A stretch of DNA of 63,678 nt. It comes from Eledone cirrhosa (lineage: Eukaryota). The stretch covers positions 1 through 63,678 of the forward strand of contig CAXHJY010000113.1 in assembly GCA_964016885.1 (NCBI GenBank), read 5' to 3'. The notes beneath the pieces are model-generated. The model ran no database searches and was not told where the DNA came from. It was given only the letters and a program-made list of their open reading frames with translations. The position numbers and the translations under genes were made by a program. This document shows positions 46,795 through 58,700 of the stretch, piece by piece (position 1 is the stretch's first letter; the number at the start of each line of letters is the position of its first letter).

Positions 46795-48300
46795 TATATA
46801 TATATATATATATATACACAGTATATATATATATATATACAGTATATATATATATGTATATATATGTTATTTAGTAAAATTTTATTTGTCATCAATAAAT
46901 AGAGAAGAAATATTTTAGATGACAGGTGAAAAGAAAAAAAGAAAGGAAAGTGACAAATGTTATAAACATGTTGGTGTTGTTGTTGTTGTTGGTGTTGGTG
47001 GTGTTGTTGTCGGTGTTGTTGTTGTTGTTGGTGTTGTTGTTGTTGGTGTTGGTGGTGTTGTTGTTGTCGGTGTTGCTGTTGGTGTTGTTGTTGGTGTTGT
47101 TGTTACTGTTGTTGGTGTTGTTGTTGGTGTTGTTGTTGGTGTTGTTGTTGGTGTTGTTGTTGGTGTTGTGGTTGGTGTTGTTGTTGGTGGTGGTGTTGTT
47201 GTTGTTGTTGGTGGTGTTGTTGTTGTTGTTGGTGGTGTTGTTGTTACTGTTGTTGTTGTTGGTGTTGTTCTTGCTGTTGTTGTTGGTGGTGGTGGTGTTG
47301 GTGTTGTTGTTACTGTTGTTGTTACTGTTGTTGTTGGTGTTGTTGTTGGTGTTGTTGTTACTGTTGTTGGTGGTGTTGTTGTTACTGTTGTTGTTACTGT
47401 TGTTGGTGGTGTTGGTGTTGGTGTTGTTGTTACTGTTGTTGTTACTGTTGTTGTTACTGTTGTTGTTACTGTTGTTGTTACTGTTGTTGGTGGTGTTGGT
47501 GTTGGTGTTGTTGTTACTGTTGTTGTTACTGTTGTTGTTGGTGTTGTTGTTACTGTTGTTGTTACTGTTGTTGTTGGTGTTGTTGTTACTGTTGTTGTTA
47601 CTGTTGTTGTTACTGTTGTTGTTACTGTTGTTGGTGGTGTTGGTGTTGGTGTTGTTGTTACTGTTGTTGTTACTGTTGTTGTTGGTGTTGTTGTTACTGT
47701 TGTTGTTACTGTTGTTGGTGGTGTTGGTGTTGGTGTTGCTGTTGTTGTTGGTGTTATAGTTGTTGTTGTTGTTGGTGGTGTTGTTGGTGGTGTTATAGTT
47801 GTTGTTGTTGTTGGTGTTGCTGTTGCTGTTGTTGGTGGTGTTATAGTTGTTGTTGTTGTTGGTGGTGTTGCTGTTGTTGGTGTTGCTATTGTTGTTGTTG
47901 TTATAGTTGTTGTTGTTGTTGGTGGTGTTGCTGTTGTTGGTGTTGCTATTGTTGTTGTTGTTATAGTTGTTGTTGTTTGTGTTGTTGGTGTTGCTGTTGG
48001 TGTTGCTGGTGGTGTTATAGTTGTTGTTGTTGTTTGTGTTGTTGGTGTTGCTGTTGGTGTTGCTGGTGGTGTTATAGTTGTTTGTGTTGTTGGTGGTGGT
48101 GGTGTTATAGTTGCTGTTGTTGTTGGTGGTGGTGGTGTTATAGTTGCTGTTGTTGTTGGTGGTGGTGTTGCTGTTGTTGGTGTTGCTATTGTTGTTGTTG
48201 GTGGTGTTATAGTTGTTGTTTGTGTTGTTGGTGTTACTGTTGTTCTTGTTGGTGGTGTTGCTGTTGTTGGTGGTGTTATAGTTGTTGTTGTTGTTATAGA
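45850..48300. repeat. (CAA/CAC)n tract (45850-46700) and (GTT/GGT)n tract (46970-48300)
   Basis: Directly visible. Confidence 0.9.
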
Positions 48301-48608
48301 GGTGTGTTTGTTTGTGTATTATAAATGTTGTTGTTGTGGTTAATATCATAGATGTATGTGTATATGTGTATATATGTGTATATATGTGTATGTGTGTGTT
48401 ATTTTTCGGAGGTGGGGCCATGTTGTTGTGTGTGTGTGTGTGTGGATGGTGTTGGGAATGAGTGTATGTGAAGCTGTGTTTGTGTATAATAACACACACA
48501 AACACAGCTTCACATACATATATATATATATATGTGCGTAATGTATGTGTTTGTGTGTATGTTGGTGTGGCTATGTATATGTGAAGATGTGTGTGTATGT
48601 CAGTGAAA

Positions 48609-48692
<84 letters not shown>

Positions 48693-48771
48693 GAGTATAT
48701 ATATATATAGTATGTGTGCACGTATATTTGTGTGTGTGTGTATGTGAAAGAATATATATGATGCGAATGCG

Positions 48772-48908
48772 TGGACAGAAATAGCCGTCAAAACGGCTTG
48801 AGCTCTGCCGTCTGGATCATACTTTTTCCTATTTCCCACTCTACTACCCTAAGTATTGAGTACTCTGGTGCGTTATGGTCCATCTGGTTCCTTACCACAA
48901 TTCCCTTG

Positions 48909-48910
<2 letters not shown>
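48772..48910 (+). mobile_element. Family A single arm
   Basis: GGACAGAAATAGCCGTCAAAACGGC...CCTTACCACAATTCCCTTGT then (TA)n. Confidence 0.75.
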
Positions 48911-48942
<32 letters not shown>

Positions 48943-48983
48943 TTATATTAAATAAATGGAAATTATATTTATAAAACCCTATT

Positions 48984-49044
48984 TATTCTATTATATATAT
49001 TTCAAGGGTACCAAAATCTTCGTACGCTATCATCAGATAAAATA
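48984..49044 (-). ncRNA. Type I hammerhead inside a fold-back element (48945-49183)
   Basis: Minus strand TATTTTAT-CTGATGA-T-AGCGTAC...GTACCCT-T-GAAA-TATATATA-ATAGAATA. 8-bp helix I, palindromic helix III, AUA site. Confidence 0.7.
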
Positions 49045-49293
49045 CATGTTTTATAAATATTTGACATACCTTATGTTATGTCAAATATTTATAAAACATT
49101 TTGTACCAAAATGTTGGTACCCTTGAAATATATATAATAGAATAAATAGGGTTTTATAAATATAGTTTCCATTTATTTAATATCATTGTATATTATACTC
49201 CAGAAAAACTGTTGAGTGCTCTAAATCCGTTATAAACATTTATATTTGTTGTATTACCAACAAATTGAATATCCCTTCTGCTTATATATATAC

Positions 49294-49371
<78 letters not shown>

Positions 49372-49631
49372 TGTATGGTATATGTGAAAGATTCTATATA
49401 TAAAGTATGTGCGTGTGTGAAGTTGTGTGTGTGTGTGTGAAACTGTGTGTGTGTGTGTGTGTGTGTGTGATACTGTATGTGTGTGTGTGTGTGAGTGAAA
49501 CTGTATGTGTGGGTGTGTGTGGTGTGTGTGCGTGTATTAAGGCGTGTTGTGTAAAATTTGGTCAATTCATTTTATTATTTCGCATTTCATCCCTCGAAAA
49601 CTACTTTAAAGATTTAGTGGAGCATATCTTG

Positions 49632-49679
<48 letters not shown>

Positions 49680-50074
49680 TGTATATATAATGTGTATGTC
49701 TATATATATATATATATATAGACATACACACACATATATATATACATCCCTACCTACATGTACATACATACATACGTACATATATACGCATATATATATA
49801 TATATATAAATATGTACTCTCACACAGATATACATACACACATATACATAGATACATACATACGCACATACATACATAGATACATACAGACACACACACA
49901 TACACATACATATATATATGCACACATACATACACATAGAGATATACATGGACTCACGCACAGATATACATACTCACGCACACACACAAACGCATACATA
50001 TTTATACATATAGACTCAGAGAGACATAGATGAACGTACACACATAAGCTTCAACATCATCATCGTCGACATCC

Positions 50075-51540
50075 TAACCACCACCACCACCACCACCATC
50101 ATTATTACCACCACCACCACCAATACCATCATTAACACCACCACCACTATTATAATAAGCCTCACCACCACCATCACCACCACTATACTCAGCCCCACCA
50201 CCACCACCACTGTAATCAGCCCCACCATCACCAACATTGTAAACACCACCACCATTATAACCACCACCACCACCATCACCACCATTATAATCACCACCAT
50301 CACCACCACCACCATTATAACCACCACCACCACCATCACCACCATTACAATCACCACCATCACCACCACCAACATTATAACCACCACCACCATCACCACC
50401 ATTACAATCACCACCATCACCACGACCAACATTATAATCACCACCATCACCACCACCACCATTATAACCACCACCACCACCATCACCACCATTACAATCA
50501 CCACCATCACCACCACCAACATTATAACCACCACCACCATCACCACCATTATAATCACCACCATCACCACCACCAACATTATAACCACCACCACCACCAC
50601 CACCATTATAAACACCACCATCACCACCACCAACATTATAACCACCACCACCACCATTATAATCACCACCATCACCACCACCAGCATTATAACCACCACC
50701 ACCACCACCACCACCATTATAAACACCACCATCACCACCACCAACATTATAACCACCACCACCATCACCACCATTATAAACACCACCAACATTATAACCA
50801 CCACCACCACCATTATAATCACCACCACCACCACCCCCACCACCATGCCTACAGTAATAATTCGGTTATATGTAATAAACAACTTTATGTGGAGAGATTA
50901 TATAGAAGGAGTGGGGGTGTGGTGGGAGGTGGTTATGGCGGTTTGGTGGTGGTGGTGGGGGAGTTGGAGGGGGTGATGGCGGTTTAGTGGAGGTGGCGGT
51001 GTGGGTTTGGGGATGGTGGTCGCGGTTTGGTGGCGGTGTGGTTTTTTGGGATGGTGGTGGGGAGATGGAGGTGGCGGTGTTGAAGGTGGTGGTTGCGGTT
51101 TGGTGGATGGTGGTGGCGGTTTGGTGGAGGTGGTGGTGGCGGTGTGGTTTTGGGGATGGTGGTGGGGAGATGGAGGTGGTGGTGTTGAAGGTGGTGGTTG
51201 CGGTTTGGTGGATGGTGGTGGCGGTTTGGTGGAGGTGGTGGTGGCGGTGTGGTTTTGGGGATGGTGGTGGAGAGATGGAGGTGGTGGTTGCGGTTTGGTG
51301 GAGGTGGCGGTGTGGGTTTGGGGATGGTGGTGGGGAGATGTGGTTAGTTTGGTGGAGGTGGTGGTGGTGGTGGTGATGGTGATGGTGGTGGTTCGGAGGT
51401 GATGGTAGGTAGTGGTCGTTAATGGTGGGTGGTGTTCTTGATGGTGGTGGTAGTGTTGGTTTGGTGGTGATGACGATGTTGATGATGGTGGTGGGAGGTA
51501 GTGGTGGTTGTAGTTGTTGTTGGTGGTGGGAGGTGGTAGA
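50075..51540. repeat. (CAC)n/ATTATA minisatellite followed by a G-rich ~75-bp repeat
   Basis: Directly visible. Confidence 0.85.
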
Positions 51541-51839
51541 AGGAGATGAAGTGGGCTGTGTGAAATGGGCGGGAATTGAAATGCTCAAAGGATGGATCTG
51601 TGTGAAAGTATATATGTGTGTATGTGTGTGTGAATGTGTAGGTGTGAGGGTGTGTACTGAATGTGCGAGTGTGTGTGTGTGTGTGCGTGAGAGAGAGAGT
51701 AAGAGATAGAGATAGAGAGAGATAGATAGATAGATAGATAGAGAGAGATAGGGAGTGTGTGTGTGTATGTGTGTAATGAATGTGTGACTGTGTGAATATA
51801 TATGTATTATATTTGGTTCAATCATACCCAGTATATATG

Positions 51840-52625
51840 ATGTATAATTTATATACATATATGTAATATATATATATATACATATATATAAATTATATAT
51901 ATACACTATATAAAATTTATATATATTTATATGTAATATATATAAATTATATATATACACAATATATAATTTGTAATATATATATATAAATTATATATAT
52001 ACACTATATATATACACAATATATAATTTATATATATATGTAATATATATATATAAATTATATATATACACAATATATAATTTATATATATATATATGTA
52101 ATATATATATATAAATTATATATATACACTATATATATACACAATATATAATTTATATATATATGTAATATATATATATAAATTATATATATACACAATA
52201 TATAATTTATATATATATATATGTAATATATATATATAAATTATATATATACACTATATATAATTTATATATATATATATATTTGTAATATATATATATA
52301 AATTATATATATATACACTATATATAATTTATATATATATATATGTAATATATATATATAAATTATATATATACACAATATATAATTTATATATATATAT
52401 ATGTAATATATATATATAAATTATATATATACATAATATATAATTTATATATACATATGTAATATATATATATAAATTATATATATACACTATATATAAT
52501 TTATATATATATATATGTAATATATATATATATATGTAATATATATATATATATACACTATATACATATATATATATATATTTATATATATATATATATA
52601 TGTGTAATATATATATATATATATT
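51840..52625. repeat. AT-rich ~60-bp degenerate minisatellite
   Basis: GTAATATATAT...AAATTATATATATACAC recurs. Confidence 0.85.
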
Positions 52626-52673
52626 AATAAAAGTAATTCCAATTTTGTCTGATTTGCTCGTTTTATTTAAAAT

Positions 52674-52866
52674 TATAATTGTTTCTACTTTTTGGCACAA
52701 GGCCAGCAATTACCCAGTACATTACTGGTACTTTATTTTATCGACCCCGTAAGGTTGAAAGGCAAAGTCAACCTCAGCGGGATTTGAACTCAGATCGTTA
52801 AGGGACGTAACTATGCTGGAAAGCATGGCGTCCGACCCTCTACAGATGCTGCCAATCCACCGCCTT
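52674..52866 (-). mobile_element. tRNA-derived SINE, full length; 3' partial copy at 53085-53173
   Basis: Reverse complement of the 44484 copy, including A/B boxes. Confidence 0.8.
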
Positions 52867-52992
52867 TAAAATTATAACGAAACCTTGTGTAATGGATTAG
52901 TAATATTGTGCTGTTTATTACATAATTAAATAGCTCTGTACTATATATAGAGCACTCTCCTTTCCTTTACCTTTTCTACGGAAATACTTAAT

Positions 52993-53084
<92 letters not shown>

Positions 53085-53450
53085 ATAATTGTTTCTACTT
53101 TAGGCACAAGGCCAAATATTACCCAGTGCATTACTGGTACTTTATTTTATCGACCCCGTAAGGATGAAAGGCAGAGTATAGTATAATATATAGTATAATA
53201 TATAGTAATAATAATAACTATGAACCACCTAAGAGAACATTAGTCTACGACCTCTTTTATACCATAAACGTGGTTCTGTCTTTGCGTGTAATTGTTTTTC
53301 ACCGCTCCTATTAATGACGTATTATATTCGTTTTTTTCCCGTTCTTTGCCAGGGAACGTTTCCACGAACCAAAGTATCGTCTTCCTGTCTTCCTCCGGTT
53401 GCAACGTTTTTTGAAATATCCAGTTCTGCGTTTACAGATTGACTTTGTTA

Positions 53451-53499
53451 GTTTCAGAAGATCCCGTTAAGGGTGAAAGCAGCGATTCTTTGCTTAAAC
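53451..53499 (+). ncRNA. Hammerhead with a U4>A core change (probably inactive); 3' parts also at 2859-2914 (-) and 12301-12345 (+)
   Basis: GTTT-CAGAAGA-T-CCC(GTTAA)GGG-T-GAAA-GCA(GCGATTCTT)TGC-TT-AAAC. Confidence 0.55.
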
Positions 53500-53742
53500 T
53501 TTAATCTGTTATTTTAATAAATAAATATATATATATATATATATATATTTCGTTTCTGAATTTGTTTAGCAAGATTCTTTATCTGAAATCGTGTGTTGAA
53601 ACCGATATTGTTATACTTTGGGAGGGTCATGTTGCCAATAAGATGCGTGTGTGTGTTGCCAATAAGATGGTGCGTGTGTTTCTTATTGGCAACATGACCC
53701 TCCCAAAGTATAACAATATATATATATATTTAATGTAGAAAT

Positions 53743-53794
53743 GGCTTCTACAGGAGTAGAACTGTTTCATTCGGAGGAAATCATCAGGAAAGCT
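53743..53794 (-). ncRNA. Type I hammerhead, family B
   Basis: Minus strand GCTTTC-CTGATGA-T-TTC(CTCC)GAA-T-GAAA-CAG(TTCTACTC)CTG-TA-GAAGCC. Confidence 0.65.
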
Positions 53795-53975
53795 ATATAT
53801 ATCTATATATTTATATCTATATATGTGTGAGTGTTTGTGCGTGTGTGTGTATATATACTTGTGTATAAATATATATATATATATGTAGGAGGTGAGTTTT
53901 ATTGTAGTACAATATGTTGATTTAAAACTGCACTATTCACAACTGTTTTTTAACCTTCATATCATGTCTCCCTAC

Positions 53976-54040
53976 TTTATCTGACGAAAACGCAAATGTC
54001 ATCGCATGATGATATTTGTTTTTGAAATGCGCATAATAAA
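53976..54040 (+). ncRNA. Type I hammerhead with long helix II
   Basis: TTTAT-CTGACGA-AAACGCAAATGTCATC(GCAT)GATGATATTTGTTTTT-GAAA-TGCGCATA-ATAAA. Palindromic helix III AUGCGCAU, AUA site at 54035. Confidence 0.75.
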
Positions 54041-54073
54041 ATACATGGAACTCTTTTAACCGTCTTTTGATCT

Positions 54074-54148
<75 letters not shown>

Positions 54149-54223
54149 TTATCCAGGGTTCAATCGGGGGTAACCACAGTAAGTAAGGTACTCAATACAT
54201 AGCAGAGTATGTAATTTAGAAAT

Positions 54224-54274
54224 GGCTTCTACAGGATTAGAACTGTTTCATTCGGGAGAAATCATCAGGAAGCC
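54224..54274 (-). ncRNA. Type I hammerhead, family B, within a fold-back element (54155-54312)
   Basis: Minus strand GGCTTC-CTGATGA-T-TTC(TCCC)GAA-T-GAAA-CAG(TTCTAATC)CTG-TA-GAAGCC. Perfect 6-bp helix I. Confidence 0.8.
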
Positions 54275-54306
54275 CCGAATGAAATAGTTCTAGTCCTGTA
54301 GAAGCC

Positions 54307-54416
<110 letters not shown>

Positions 54417-54836
54417 TACAACATGTCTATAGAATCACTAGATAATATATATACCGTTTCCTCTCCCAATCAGCATAATTAACCACATAAAAATCAATTA
54501 AATTATTATTTAATTTATTAAGTCTTCATTGAGCCAGAAAGTGACCCGTTGCAAAACACATATATATCTATGACTTTATATATATATATGTAAACCTTTA
54601 TATCTATATATCGGATAAACGAGAAAAGACAGGTAAGGATTAAAAAAAGGATTTTATCCAGGTATTTACGACGTGATTCTTACAAACTTGTGGAGTTACC
54701 CCTAGCCGAACGTTGAAACCGTCCATGAAGCTGGCCGTCTTAACCACCAACTGGATTACAATAAGCAACTTTCTGCTTTCCTAACTATATATCTATATCT
54801 ATATATATATAATCTCTCTCTATATATTACATATGT

Positions 54837-54875
<39 letters not shown>

Positions 54876-54928
54876 AAAGTTCTATTTAAATTGTTGGGAT
54901 GCAACAACCAAATATTTTTATAACTGAT

Positions 54929-55013
54929 ATAAAGCACTCAACAAATGAAATAAAGCACTCAACAAATGAAATAAAGCACTCAACAAATGAAATAAAGCAC
55001 TCAACAAATGAAA
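54929..55013. repeat. 21-bp tandem repeat ATAAAGCACTCAACAAATGAA, 4 copies
   Basis: Directly visible. Confidence 0.9.
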
Positions 55014-55158
55014 TGTGTTGGATCCATCTGCTAGAAATAGCAGCCATATATTACTCAAATTTGACAACTGTAAGATTCACTATCTGGGAGCTTCCAACAG
55101 TAATGGTTGCATTATTTAAGGCTATGTCAATATTTATTTATAAAACTGCTCTATATTA

Positions 55159-55260
55159 TATTTTATCTGATGAAAGCACACCATAATATTTAACTTGGTG
55201 TCCTTGAAATAGGTATGAAATTAATATGGTTTTATAAATATAGTTTCCATTTGTTAATAT
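55159..55260 (+). mobile_element. Degenerate relative of the 48945-49183 hammerhead element
   Basis: TATTTTATCTGATGA, paired helix II (ACACCA/TGGTGT), GAAA, and shared tail GGTTTTATAAATATAGTTTCCATTT. The cleavage triplet is lost. Confidence 0.6.
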
Positions 55261-55262
55261 CG

Positions 55263-55331
<69 letters not shown>

Positions 55332-55736
55332 ATATATATGTACACACACACACACACATACACACACACACACGTATATATATATGTATATATATATATA
55401 TATATAATACTCTTTCACGGAAATTATGATGAGGACGATGACGATTTATGGTGGTTACGGCTGCGACGATGACAACGATAATGGCGACGATGACGATGAT
55501 CTTGACAATGACGATGATGACGATGACGATGACGATGATGATGATGATGATAAAATGTCGTGTAGCAATTAATTATACATTTGTCGTCATCGATGTCTGG
55601 CATTGTATGGAGAGATGAAAGGAAAGAGATGAAAGCTGGGAGATGAAAGGTTTTTCATGTTTGAAGAGAAAACTCCTAATAGTTCTCCATATGTCCTTTA
55701 CGTTGGTCTATCATATCTGTGGTTAATGGATGACAT

Positions 55737-58700
55737 GGTGGTGGTGGTGGTGTGGTGGTGGTGGTGGTGTGGTGGTGGTGTGGTGTGGTGGTGGTGGTGG
55801 TGTGGTGGTGTGGTGGTGGTGGTGGTGGTGGTGGTGGTGGTGGTGGTGGTGTGGCGGTGGTGTGGTGGTGGTGGTGGTGGTGGTGTGGTGGTGGTGGTGG
55901 TGTGGTGGTGGTGGTGGTGGTGGTGGTGTGGTGTAGTGGTGTGGTGGTGGTGGTGGTGGTGTGGTGGTGGTGGTGGTGGTGGTGTGGTGGTGGTGTGGTG
56001 GTGTGGTGGTGTGGTGGTGGTGTGGTGGTGGTGGTGGTGTGGTGGTGTGGTGGTGTGGTGGTGGTGGTGGTGTGGTGGTGGTGGTGGTGGTGGTGTGGTG
56101 GTGGTGTGGTGGTGTGGTGGTGGTGGTGGTGTGGTGGTGGTGTGGTGTGGTGGTGGTGGTGTGGTGGTGGTGGTGGTGTGGTGGTGGTGTGGTGTGGTGG
56201 TGGTGGTGTGGTGGTGGTGGTGGTGTAGTGGTGGTGGTGGTGGTGTGGTGTGGTGGTGGTGGTGGTGTGGTGGTGGTGGTGTGGTGGTGGTGGTGGTGGT
56301 GGTGGTGGTGGTGGTGTGTGGTGGTGGTGGTGTGGTGTGGTGGTGGTGTGGTGGTGGTGGTGGTGGTGTGGTGGTGGTGGTGGTGGTGTGGTGGTGGTGG
56401 TGTGGTGGTGTGGTGGTGGTGGTGGTGGTGTGGTGGTGTGGTGGTGGTGGTGTGGTGTGGTGGTGGTGTGGTGGTGGTGGTGGTGGTGTGGTGGTGGTGG
56501 TGGTGGTGTGGTGGTGGTGGTGGTGGTGGTGGTGGTGGTGTGGTGGTGGTGTGGTGGTGGTGGTGGTGGTGTGGTGGTGTGGTGGTGGTGTGGTGGTGGT
56601 GGTGTGGTGGTGGTGGTGGTGTGGTGGTGTGGTGGTGGTGGTGGTGGTGGTGTGGTGGTGGTGGTGGTGGTGTGGTGGTGGTGGTGTGGTGGTGGTGTGG
56701 TGGTGTGGTGGTGTGGTGGTGGTGGTGGTGGTGGTGGTGGTGGTGGTGGTGGTGGTGTGGTGGTGGTGGTGGTGTGGTGGTGGTGTGGTGGTGGTGTGGT
56801 GGTGTGGGGTGTGGTGGTGGTGGTGTGGTGGTGGTGGTGGTGTGGTGGTGGTGGTGGTGGTGTGGTGGTGGTGGTGTGGTGGTGGTGGTGGTGTGGTGGT
56901 GTGGTGGTGGTGGTGTGGTGTGGTGGTGGTGGTGGTGGTGTGGTGGTGGTGGTGGTGTGGTGGTGGTGTGGTGGTGGTGTGGTGGTGGTGGTGGTGTGGT
57001 GGTGGTGTGGTGGTGGTGTGGTGGTGTGGTGGTGTGGTGGTGGTGGTGTGGTGGTGGTGGTGGTGTGGTGGTGGTGGTGGTGGTGTGGTGGTGGTGGTGT
57101 GGTGGTGGTGGTGGTGTGGTGGTGTGGTGGTGGTGGTGTGGTGTGGTGGTGGTGGTGGTGGTGTGGTGGTGGTGGTGGTGTGGTGGTGGTGTGGTGGTGG
57201 TGTGGTGGTGTGGTGGTGTGGTGGTGGTGGTGGTGGTGGTGTGGTGGTGGTGGTGGTGGTGTGGTGGTGGTGGTGTGGTGGTGGTGGTGTGGTGTGGTGG
57301 TGGTGGTGGTGGTGTGGTGGTGTGGTGGTGTGGTGGTGGTGTGGTGTTGGTGTGGTGGTGGTGGTGGTGTGGTGGTGTGGTGGTGTGGTGGTGGTGTGGT
57401 GGTGGTGTGGTGGTGGTGTGGTGGTGGTGTGGTGGTGGTGTGGTGGTGGTGTGGTGGTGGTGTGGTGGTGGTGTGGTGGTGTGGTGGTGGTGGTGTGGTG
57501 GTGTGGTGGTGGTGGTGTGGTGGTGGTGTGGTGGTGGTGTGGTGGTGTGGTGGTGGTGGTGTGGTGGTGTGGTGGTGGGGTGGTGGTGTGGTGGTGGTGG
57601 TGTGGTGGTGGTGGTGGTGTGGTGGTGGTGTGGTGGTGGTGGGTGGTGGTGTGGTGGTGGTGTGGTGGTGGTGGTGGTGTGATGGTGTGGTGGTGGTGTG
57701 GTGTTGGTGTGGTGGTGGTGGTGGGGTGGTGGTGTGGTGGTGTGGTGGTGGTGTGGTGGTGGTGGTGGTGGTGGTGTGGTGGTGGTGTGGTGGTGGTGTG
57801 GTGGTGGTGTGGTGGTGGTGTGGTGGTGTGGTGGTGGTGGTGTGGTGGTGTGGTGGTGGTGGTGTGGTGGTGGTGTGGTGGTGGTGTGGTGGTGTGGTGG
57901 TGGTGGTGTGGTGGTGTGGTGGTGGTGGTGGTGGTGTGGTGGTGGTGGTGTGGTGGTGGTGGTGGTGTGGTGGTGGTGTGGTGGTGGTGTGGTGGTGGTG
58001 TGGTGGTGGTGTGGTGGTGGTGGTGGTGTGATGGTGTGGTGGTGGTGTGGTGTTGGTGTGGTGGTGGTGGTGGTGTGGTGGTGTGGTGGTGTGGTGGTGG
58101 TGTGGTGGTGGTGTGGTGGTGGTGTGGTGGTGGTGTGGTGGTGGTGTGGTGGTGGTGTGGTGGTGGTGTGGTGGTGTGGGTGGTGGTGGTGGTGTGGTGG
58201 TGTGGTGGTGGTGGTGTGGTGGTGGTGTGGTGGTGGTGTGGTGGTGTGGTGGTGGTGGTGTGGTGGTGTGGTGGTGGTGGTGGTGGTGTGGTGGTGGTGG
58301 TGTGGTGGTGGTGGTGGTGTGGTGGTGGTGTGGTGGTGGTGTGGTGGTGGTGTGGTGGTGGTGTGGTGGTGGTGTGGTGGTGTGGTGGTGGTGGTGTGGT
58401 GGTGTGGTGGTGGTGGTGGTGGTGTGGTGGTGGTGTGGTGGTGGTGTGGTGGTGTGGTGGTGGTGGTGTGGTGGTGTGGTGGTGGTGGTGGTGGTGTGGT
58501 GGTGTGGTGTGGTGGTGTGGTGGTGGTGGTGTGGTGGTGGTGGTGGTGTGGTGGTGGTGTGGTGGTGGTGTGGTGGTGGTGTGGTGGTGGTGTGGTGGTG
58601 GTGTGGTGGTGTGGTGGTGGTGGTGTGGTGGTGTGGTGGTGGTGGTGGTGGTGTGGTGGTGGTGGTGTGGTGGTGTGGTGGTGGTGGTGTGGTGGTGGTG

